Positions 21,068 to 28,534 of a stretch of DNA of 64,000 nucleotides are shown piece by piece (the first letter of the stretch is position 1; each line of letters starts with the position of its first letter). A program made the position numbers and the translations under genes. The stretch lies in contig CANQAR010000006.1 of assembly GCA_947588845.1 (NCBI GenBank), positions 3,903 through 67,902 of the forward strand, given 5' to 3'. The notes beneath the pieces are model-generated. The model made no database searches, was not told the origin of the DNA, and was given only the letters and a program-made list of their open reading frames with translations. Source of the stretch: an uncultured Lachnospiraceae bacterium (GTDB lineage Bacteria > Bacillota > Clostridia > Lachnospirales > Lachnospiraceae).

Positions 21068-22342
21068 TTAAAATTTTTTGATCAGCACTTTTTTCCCCTT
21101 AAATGCAAATCCATATTTGCGGATACGATTCTCTGGTATTTTTCGTGAGATCAGGTATGCCGTGTAATTCTGGCGTTCGATCTGCTCCAGCGCGTTTTGG
21201 GCGGTGTCTTCCAGGGTTTTGTCTTCGTCGGGATCGAATACTTTAAATTCTATGACAGCCGCGAAGTCTTCTGCGCGCAGAGGCTCCAGCATAATGTCAT
21301 ATCTGCCGTAGCCGCTTTCACGGTTGGAAGTAATGACATAGCGTCCGTTCAGATCCACAATCAGTCCGAGTACAAAACCGTGATAGAACCGTTCCGGTTC
21401 GTTTGCGCAGGAGGGGCGGTTTCCGCTGTCAAAAAAACGGAATGTTGTGAGCGCTGTGTTGTTCATATAAGCGTTCATTGCTTTGACATCATCGCGCAGC
21501 AGAGCACGGATGAACAGGTTGTAATCAGGTTCGCGTTCCGCAAACCAGGCATGCACGATGCTGCGGAACATAAAAAGGACTTCTCTGTTTGTCAGAGATA
21601 ATTTATAATAAGGCATGTCGGTGAAAAAGAACGTTTCCGCACCTTCTTCTGGCTGGTCGGCAGCAAAATTGCGGGGAGAGTAAGGATCCGACTCCGCAGT
21701 TTTTACAACTTTCAGGTAGCCGCATGCAAGGAGAAGGCTCCAGATGGCCGTTTCGTTCTGCGCCAGCTGTGAGAAAACAATCTGTTCGTCGAGAACGGTT
21801 TCCAGAGATCTGCCCTGAAGCAGATCCTCAAAATGAATTTTCAGCTGAGGGCTTCCGGTCTGGATGAGGCGGCTGATCAGTTCATTGCTGCTGGTATTTG
21901 CCCAGTAACAGGACAGTTTTTTACTGCGAAGATAGTTAATGATCGACCAGGGATTGTAAATGCCGGAGATACTGCCGAACGTGAAGCCGTCGTACCACTG
22001 CTTTACCTCGTTTTTTCTGTCCGAAAGTCCGTACTCATCCAATGCGCGAAAGACTTCTTCCTCCGTGAATCCGAAACAGTCGGCGTACTCGGCGGAAGTG
22101 GTTGTAATCACAGACAGATTATTCAGGTCTGAAAAAACGGACTCTCTGCTGACGCGCGTGATTCCTGTCATGAGCGCGCGCTCCATAAAAGGATTTGTCT
22201 TAAATGCCGCATTGAACAGACTGCGGATAAAAACCATGAATTTGTCCCAGTAGCCATGAACAAATGCTTCCTGCATTGGAGTATCATATTCATCAAGCAG
22301 AATGAGAACCTTTTTCCCGTAATAGCGCGACAGATTTTTCAC
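21068..22342 (-). pseudogene. 5'-truncated AAA-ATPase-like/PDDEXK_9 family gene
   Basis: The ORF begins at the motif KKVLILLDEYD, which lies at about residue 150 in the paralog at 15884. An in-frame stop lies about 20 codons upstream, and no Walker-A-like PRRFGKS segment is present. The C-terminal PD-(D/E)XK core is intact (GYGRYDIMLEP...AVIEFKV). Confidence 0.6.
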
Positions 22343-22528
22343 GGCGGCTTTGCTGCTGCCGGACAGGTACAGCAGATGATAAAAAGATTTCGTTTATTGC
22401 GCTGGATTTGCATTGCGCAAGCAGCATATTTCCGATGCAGATTCGCGTGCTCTCTGTCTGGTTTCTGTGTGGTACAATTTTATCATACAGGGATTTCAGA
22501 GTCAAAAAATTTATGAAAGGAACCGAAA

Positions 22529-23941
22529 ATGAGTCGGATATTATTTTATATGAAGCAGAGCCGTCATCGGGCGGACAGCCTTTCTTTTATGCGAAAGCTG
22601 GAGGCGCAGGGATTTTTCTGCCGGATGTGTGGGAAATCCGATGGGGATGATCGGGGTGGAGAATTTTTTCCTGTGGATTTTGAAAAGAAAGGCATTTCGT
22701 TTTCTGGTGGGGGGACATCGGAAATTTCGTGTGGTGAGGGACAGGAAACCATGGTTCCGAATGATGGAAAATGGAAGGTTATAGGTTTGGATGGAGAGAG
22801 ATGTTTATCTGTGGGCCTGGGTGGAGAGGAATGTTCATCTGTGGGCCCAGATGGAGAGAAATGTCCGCTTGTGGGGGCGGATGGGGAGGAATGCCCATCT
22901 GTGAGTCCAACTGGAGAAGAACGTGCGCTGGTGATCACGGATGACGCAGTAGTGGCCGGAATCTGTGAACTGCGGAAAATTGCCTGCATCGGATACTGTC
23001 CGCCCGAATTGGAAGAAACCGGATCAGAGGACTCGGATCTGTCTGGGGATATGGAAAGAGATCCGGCAGCAGAAGCTGAAAAAGAATCTGTGTCAGAAGA
23101 AAACGGGGAATCTGGTTATTTTCCGCATGTCCGTATGGTGTGGGAGAGCTTTGCGGGCAGGGAGCCGGAAGAACTGGAACAGTTCCGATGCCGGTTTTAC
23201 GGGGAGCCGGTCGTCATCGCGCGCACAGAGAGACTGCTGATTCGCGAGAGTGTACCGGAGGATTTTGATGCAATTTATCGGATGGAGTCTGACATGGTCT
23301 CCGAGCAGGAACTCTGTGAGGACAGGAAAAAAATCTGTTCTTGCAGCGCAGCAGGAGACAGTAAAAAAGAGAGAAAAGAGGATCGTATAGCAGGAGAAAT
23401 AATCTGCTTTCATGAAGAGAGAGAAAAGTTCTGTTCCTATATAAAAAATGTCTACCCATTTTACGGATACGGTTACTGGACGGTCGAACTGACAGAATCG
23501 GGCCGGGAGGGGACAGTACTCGGGCGCTGTGGTCTGAAGGATTATGAGCCGGGGGAAGATGACGGATATGTTGTCATGAAGAAAGAAGCAGGGGATGAAT
23601 TGATGCGGAAATCGATCCTTGTATTGCCTCAGGAATCTGAGTTCGAAGAGGAGGCTGAGTCTGAGATCTGCTGTTCGGATTGTCTGCCAGAGTTCCGGCA
23701 GGAGATCGGCTCCGAATTGCAGCAGGTTTTCCCACCGGAACTTTTCTGTCTGGAGCTTGGGTATATTGTTGCAAAACCTTACCACAGACAGGGCTATGCT
23801 TATGAGATGTGCAGGGCTGTGCTGGACTATGCGTTTGCCGTGCTGCGCGCGGATATGGTCATGGTCAGGATTCATCCTCAAAACAAAGCTTCGCTGGAAC
23901 TGGCCCGGAAGCTGGGATTAGCAGGTTTTTCTTTTTTATAA
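22529..23941 (+). CDS. RimJ/RimL-like GNAT acetyltransferase with long N-terminal extension and internal inserts
   Basis: C-terminal half shows TERLLIRESVPEDFDAIY ... LELGYIVAKPYHRQGYAYEMCRAVLDYAF ... NKASLELARKLGL. The N-terminal 220 aa match no family I recognise and contain the decapeptide repeats. Confidence 0.6.
   Translation: MSRILFYMKQSRHRADSLSFMRKLEAQGFFCRMCGKSDGDDRGGEFFPVDFEKKGISFSGGGTSEISCGEGQETMVPNDGKWKVIGLDGERCLSVGLGGEECSSVGPDGEKCPLVGADGEECPSVSPTGEERALVITDDAVVAGICELRKIACIGYCPPELEETGSEDSDLSGDMERDPAAEAEKESVSEENGESGYFPHVRMVWESFAGREPEELEQFRCRFYGEPVVIARTERLLIRESVPEDFDAIYRMESDMVSEQELCEDRKKICSCSAAGDSKKERKEDRIAGEIICFHEEREKFCSYIKNVYPFYGYGYWTVELTESGREGTVLGRCGLKDYEPGEDDGYVVMKKEAGDELMRKSILVLPQESEFEEEAESEICCSDCLPEFRQEIGSELQQVFPPELFCLELGYIVAKPYHRQGYAYEMCRAVLDYAFAVLRADMVMVRIHPQNKASLELARKLGLAGFSFL
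22784..22933 (+). repeat. 5 x 30-bp in-frame tandem repeat (Cys-containing decapeptide)
   Basis: Units start at 22784, 22814, 22844, 22874 and 22904. They encode GLDGERCLSV / GLGGEECSSV / GPDGEKCPLV / GADGEECPSV / SPTGEERALV. Confidence 0.9.
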
Positions 23942-24148
23942 TTTGATTGCGCGTTTTCTGACAATATTCATATCCGCACCCGTAATAAAAAGGTTCTTTT
24001 CTTCATCTGTCAGGTCACATACTCTGCAGCCTTTATTATGGGCAAATTTGATCAAACCCCGATAATCAATTTTGATATTCGGAATATCAGACTTAAAATA
24101 AGGGCCGGCTAAAGCAGATGTTTTATATGATTTCATCGGTCCATTCAT
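23936..24148 (-). CDS. hypothetical 70-aa protein translationally coupled to the upstream GNAT-like gene
   Basis: ATG 24148 (MNGPMKSYK...) lies 9 nt after an AAGGAGG embedded in the 3' end of the upstream gene. It overlaps that gene by 26 nt. No family recognised. Confidence 0.5.
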   Translation of the reverse strand: MNGPMKSYKTSALAGPYFKSDIPNIKIDYRGLIKFAHNKGCRVCDLTDEEKNLFITGADMNIVRKRAIKL

Positions 24149-24668
24149 AATCGTACACCTCCTTAATTTGTGCTCCATTGATTTCAGAAATAAATATCTG
24201 ATATGGATGGAGCATGCATATGGGTTCTGCATTAAAAACATTACAATAATGTTCCATCAGTTTTTGATCAGCGGCAAATCCAGATATTGCTCCTTCGAAG
24301 CCGTAATCAAAAGAACGCTGTGCGGCTATGGCAAATAAATGTCCGCCGACGCCTTCATATTTTTTCTCTGGAGTAAGTTCAGGATTGTTTTCTGGTGAAG
24401 CGCACATCCAGGTTACGAATGCGGATGCCATGTTTTCGTCGGGCCGGACCGCCAGAAGGCCCTGGATGTCAACACTCCCGTGAATGACTAAAGCATAGAT
24501 TTCGTTCTCCTTGAGTAATTCATTCCAGTTTACATACCAACCATTTTTCTTGTTGTATTTTCGCAGGAAAGAAGCTCTCTTGATGCGAATTACCTCAGTA
24601 TCAACGAGTTCTCCTGTTTTTTTATCTTTTAAACATGGAGTCATGGTATCAATCCATGCAGTTAACAT
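24123..24668 (-). CDS. GNAT-like acetyltransferase-fold protein (181 aa)
   Basis: Core segment resembles a GNAT (YALVIHGSVDIQGLLAV...YEGVGGHLFAIAAQRSFDYGFEGAISGFA). AAGGAG RBS. Sits in a visibly AT-rich segment. Confidence 0.55.
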   Translation of the reverse strand: MLTAWIDTMTPCLKDKKTGELVDTEVIRIKRASFLRKYNKKNGWYVNWNELLKENEIYALVIHGSVDIQGLLAVRPDENMASAFVTWMCASPENNPELTPEKKYEGVGGHLFAIAAQRSFDYGFEGAISGFAADQKLMEHYCNVFNAEPICMLHPYQIFISEINGAQIKEVYDYEWTDEII

Positions 24669-24704
24669 GAGACCACTCCTTTTTTATTATGTTTCCATAT
24701 AAAC

Positions 24705-24733
24705 ATTTTACAACAAAAGAGAAAGTATTTCAA
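24705..24733 (-). promoter_or_regulatory. promoter of the GNAT/small-protein cassette
   Basis: On the minus strand: TTGAAA (24733-24728), 17-nt spacer, TAAAAT (24710-24705). Confidence 0.5.
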
Positions 24734-24823
24734 TGAAATTTTCACCTGATCTTCGGAAACTTGACAGATGAATAGAGAAAAAATTTCAGACATCAGATAA
24801 TGTCAGAATAAAGGTGCGGTACC

Positions 24824-24852
24824 TCGACGAACGCCGCCTCTTGTGATATACT
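24824..24852 (+). promoter_or_regulatory. candidate promoter of the GTPase-NYN fusion gene
   Basis: TCGACG (24824-24829), 17-nt spacer, TATACT (24847-24852). The -35 is weak. Confidence 0.3.
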
Positions 24853-24885
24853 GGACAAAGTATTTTTACAAGAGGGGGCGTTTTT

Positions 24886-27800
24886 ATGGGAGAACAGATG
24901 AAAAAGAAGGAGTCCAAAAAGCATATCTGCCTCGGCATTCTCGCCCATGTCGACGCGGGAAAGACGACTTTGTCGGAGGCCCTGCTGTATCTTGGCGGAA
25001 GTATCCGCAAAATGGGGCGCGTGGATCACAAGGACGCGTTTCTTGACACGTTTGAGCTGGAGCGCGCGCGTGGAATCACAATTTTCTCAAAACAGGCGCA
25101 GCTGACCTTTGGTGATATGGAACTCACGCTTCTCGACACGCCGGGGCATGTGGATTTTGCGGCGGAGATGGAGCGCACGCTGCAGGTGCTGGATTATGCG
25201 GTGCTGGTGATTAGCGGCGCCGATGGAGTACAGGGGCATACGGAGACACTCTGGAAGCTGCTCGCGCAGTACCGGGTGCCGGTTTTTTTATTTGTGAATA
25301 AGATGGATCAGCCGGGAACGGACCGGCAGGCGCGAATGGAAGAACTTGTCCGCAGGCTGGACGGGAACTGCATTGATTTCGGCGCTGATCCGGATTCGGA
25401 GGAATTTCTTGAGAATCTCGCGATGTGCGACGAGGATGTAATGGAATGTTATCTGGAGACAGGCGAAGTGACGGCGGAGGACACGGCGCGGATGATCCGG
25501 GAAAGAAAGGTGTTTCCGTGCTTTTTCGGCTCTGCGCTGAAACTGACCGGCGTGGAGGAATTGATTGAAGGGCTGGCAAAGTACACGCTCAATCCGGTAT
25601 ACCCGGAAGAATTTGGAGCCAGAGTCTACAAGATTTCCCGTGATGAGCAGGGGAAGCGCCTGACGCATATGAAGATTACGGGGGGCGGCCTGAAGGCGCG
25701 GATGGTGCTGACAAACCGTCTCCCGGAAGTGTCAGAAAGAGAAGATGAAATTTTAAATGCAGCAGGCAGAGACGGAAAAATCCGTAAACAAGGAGCGGAA
25801 CGAGCCAGGATTCCGACTGGAAAAGCAGATGAGGGGGCTGGAAGAACGGTCAGGGATTCGATGGTGAAAGCAGGCAAAGCCGGGAAAACAGAAAACGGAG
25901 GAATATCTGAAAATCCGGCGATGAAAAACAGCGGCCCTGCGGCACGGGAGATTCCGGAAGACCAGATATGGGAGGAGAAGGTGGATCAGATCCGCATTTA
26001 CTCCGGGACGAAATTTGAGGCGGTGCAGGAGGCGGCAGCCGGGGCGGTCTGCGCTGTGACAGGACTTACGAAGACCTGGCCGGGACAGGGGCTTGGAATA
26101 GAGCGGGAGACAGTGCTGCCGGTGCTCTCTCCGGTGCTGACGTACCGCATCGATCTTCCGGAGGACTGTGACGTCCATGTAGCGCTGCAGAAGCTGCGCC
26201 AGCTTGAAGAGGAGGAACCGCAGCTTCATATTGTGTGGAACGAGCAGCTTGGAGAAATCCATGCGCAGGTGATGGGCGAGGTACAGATCGAGATCCTGCA
26301 GAGTCTGATCCGTGACCGCTACGGGATGGAGGTCACGTTCGGGACGGGGAATATTGTGTATAAGGAGACGATCCGGGAGCCGGTCGAAGGCGCCGGACAT
26401 TTTGAGCCGCTGCGCCACTATGCGGAGGTGCATCTGCTGCTTGAGCCCGGAGAGCCGGGAAGCGGAATCCAGGTCGAGTCCGCCTGCAGTGTGGACGAGC
26501 TGGATCTGAACTGGCAGAGGCTGGTGCTCACGCACCTGCTTGAGAAAGAGCATGTCGGAGTCCTTATCGGAGCGCCGCTGACGGATGTGCGGATCACGCT
26601 GACGGCGGGGCGCTCCCATCTGAAGCATACGGAGGGCGGCGATTTTCGCCAGGCTACTTACCGGGCGGTGCGTCAGGGACTGAAAAAGGCGGACAGTGTT
26701 CTTCTTGAGCCGTTTTACGCGTTTCGGCTGGAGGTCCCTTCGGAGACGGTCGGCAGGGCTCTCTCGGATATCCAGCGGATGTACGGTTCCTTCGACTCTC
26801 CTGAGATTGAGGGGGATATGACGGTGCTGACGGGGAGCGTTCCCGTCTCTGAGATGCGCGGCTATCAGATGGAAGTCAGCGCGTACACGAAGGGACGCGG
26901 CCGTCTGGCCTTCCGTCTGGAAGGGTACCGGCCATGCCACAATGCGGAAGAGATCATAGAAGAAGTCGGTTACGATTCGGAGAGGGATCTGGAGAATCCG
27001 ACCGGATCGGTCTTCTGTGCTCACGGTGCGGGATTTGTGGTGAGCTGGGACAAGGCTGATTCCTATATGCATGTCGAAAGCGGCGTGGAGTGGGTCGCAG
27101 AGGAAGACGGGAAAGAGAAGGCCGTTCTGCGGGGATTTTACCGAAATGCAGGTTCCGGCTGTGATTTTTCCAGTGACACATCCGGTACGGAGATGATGTC
27201 GGATACAGGGGAATCATCCGGTAAAATACCGGGAAAGGAAACACAGACCGGCAGGAGAGAGTTGTCCGGCGGAGCGCGTAGAGATGGAGCACAGTCCGGC
27301 GGGATGCCGCCTCCGATGGGTATGCCGTCCGGTACAGCCTACGAGGACCGTTTTCACGATGAGGAAGAACTGAAGGCGATCTTTGCGCGAACTTACGGGA
27401 CGTCTTCCGGGGAGTCAAGGATGGCATGGAAACGCTCGAAAGGAAGCATCGCCTCGTCGGGAAAGAGGTCCGGCGCTTCATCGGAGAAAAATTCCGGCGC
27501 GGCAGGGAATTTTCCCCGGATGGACAGCAGGTCTGGACAAAACAGCGTAGGCGCGCCCGGCAGAACCGCGAAAAAAGAGGAGCCTGTGACGGAATATCTG
27601 CTGGTTGACGGATATAACATTATCTTTGCCTGGGATGAGCTGAAAGAACTCGCTGAGGCGGATATCGGAGCCGCGAGGACAAAACTGATGGATGTGCTCT
27701 GCAATTATCAGGGGTTTGCCGAATGCCGGCTGATTCTGGTATTTGACGCGTACAAGGTGGAAGGATTTACGGGCGAAGTTATAAAATATCACAATATTTA

Positions 27801-28113
27801 TGTTGTATATACAAGGGAAGCGGAGACGGCGGATCAGTACATCGAGAAGACTGTGCGCGAGATCGGGAAGAGGTATCATGTTACCGTGGCCACTTCCGAC
27901 CGTCTTGAGCAGGTCATTATTCTGGGCGACGGAGCGAGAAGACTGTCCGCGTCGGATTTAAAAGAGGAGATTCTCTATATGAATGAGCAGATCCGCCAGG
28001 CATACCGCAGCAGGCGGGAGAACAGCGGCAGGAATTATCTGTTTGACAGTCTTGACGAGGATCTGGCACAGTATATGGAAGAAGTGCGGCTGGGACGGTC
28101 GAAATTTAAGTGA
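24886..28113 (+). CDS. TetM/EF-G-type translational GTPase fused to a Rae1/YacP-type NYN endoribonuclease domain
   Basis: One uninterrupted 1075-codon ORF. G1 AHVDAGKT, G3 DTPGH and G4 NKMD are followed by EF-G-like domains II-V, up to about nt 27087. A Gly/Ser/Arg-rich linker spans about 27088-27585. The NYN domain spans about 27592-28010, with LLVDGYN, VFDA, ETAD and ATSD motifs collinear with B. subtilis YacP. AGAGGGGG RBS. Confidence 0.85.
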   Translation: MGEQMKKKESKKHICLGILAHVDAGKTTLSEALLYLGGSIRKMGRVDHKDAFLDTFELERARGITIFSKQAQLTFGDMELTLLDTPGHVDFAAEMERTLQVLDYAVLVISGADGVQGHTETLWKLLAQYRVPVFLFVNKMDQPGTDRQARMEELVRRLDGNCIDFGADPDSEEFLENLAMCDEDVMECYLETGEVTAEDTARMIRERKVFPCFFGSALKLTGVEELIEGLAKYTLNPVYPEEFGARVYKISRDEQGKRLTHMKITGGGLKARMVLTNRLPEVSEREDEILNAAGRDGKIRKQGAERARIPTGKADEGAGRTVRDSMVKAGKAGKTENGGISENPAMKNSGPAAREIPEDQIWEEKVDQIRIYSGTKFEAVQEAAAGAVCAVTGLTKTWPGQGLGIERETVLPVLSPVLTYRIDLPEDCDVHVALQKLRQLEEEEPQLHIVWNEQLGEIHAQVMGEVQIEILQSLIRDRYGMEVTFGTGNIVYKETIREPVEGAGHFEPLRHYAEVHLLLEPGEPGSGIQVESACSVDELDLNWQRLVLTHLLEKEHVGVLIGAPLTDVRITLTAGRSHLKHTEGGDFRQATYRAVRQGLKKADSVLLEPFYAFRLEVPSETVGRALSDIQRMYGSFDSPEIEGDMTVLTGSVPVSEMRGYQMEVSAYTKGRGRLAFRLEGYRPCHNAEEIIEEVGYDSERDLENPTGSVFCAHGAGFVVSWDKADSYMHVESGVEWVAEEDGKEKAVLRGFYRNAGSGCDFSSDTSGTEMMSDTGESSGKIPGKETQTGRRELSGGARRDGAQSGGMPPPMGMPSGTAYEDRFHDEEELKAIFARTYGTSSGESRMAWKRSKGSIASSGKRSGASSEKNSGAAGNFPRMDSRSGQNSVGAPGRTAKKEEPVTEYLLVDGYNIIFAWDELKELAEADIGAARTKLMDVLCNYQGFAECRLILVFDAYKVEGFTGEVIKYHNIYVVYTREAETADQYIEKTVREIGKRYHVTVATSDRLEQVIILGDGARRLSASDLKEEILYMNEQIRQAYRSRRENSGRNYLFDSLDEDLAQYMEEVRLGRSKFK

Positions 28114-28186
28114 GAGAAGCGGCCCTGCCCTGTCGGCTTTGCGCCGCGGGCACGGCTTCCTTCATTCTGCGTGAGGACAAAGTGAA

Positions 28187-28213
28187 ACAGCCGATAGGGG
28201 AGCTATCGGCTGT
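28187..28213 (+). terminator. hairpin after the fusion gene (possible terminator, no U-tract)
   Basis: ACAGCCGATAG (28187-28197) pairs with CTATCGGCTGT (28203-28213), with a 5-nt loop. Confidence 0.35.
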
Positions 28214-28534
28214 CTCGAGGGGAGTATAAATAATTAATAAGGGGTTTTGTAAAAAAAATTTTTGAAGGGTAAATTCTTTTTACAAGAGAGATTATAATAT
28301 AACTTCCATAAAATTGCAACAGATTTTTTTCAAAAATGTTAAATTTTGGAGAAGTGGGTTTCGGGAGCGTGCAGAAACTTCGTTTTGTCTTGCAGGAACC
28401 TCCGCAAAAGAAAGAGAATACGGCTGGATGCATATTTTTTGTTACATGCCAGAGGGAGTAATTGTTAAAATTTCGTTAAACGAAAAACTCTGTATTGACA
28501 ATGGAAATATTTCGTGTTTGGATGTAGGAGAAGA

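Noticed and set aside
22784-22933. A CRISPR-like array, because of the regularly spaced 30-bp repeats here and the 63-bp repeats at 29682-29870.
   Set aside because: The units are directly adjacent with no spacers. They are in frame inside long ORFs and degenerate mostly at third codon positions. They are coding tandem repeats, not CRISPR.
25753-27072. 439-aa ORF on the minus strand.
   Set aside because: It is antisense to the GTPase-NYN gene and has low-complexity Arg/Pro/His composition. It is a shadow ORF.
24886-27087. Calling the GTPase half a tetracycline-resistance ribosomal protection protein (TetM/TetO).
   Set aside because: Only the family-level fold and G motifs are recognisable. 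The large domain II insert and the NYN fusion argue for a different function. A resistance phenotype cannot be inferred from sequence style alone.
28314-28534. N-terminal 74-codon extension of the decarboxylase ORF, as drawn on the ORF track.
   Set aside because: The extension runs through AT-rich promoter-like sequence and has no RBS at 28314. Homology to the YaaO-type N-terminus (YPFHMPGHKRN) begins right after the ATGs at 28535 and 28551, the first of which follows AGGAG.
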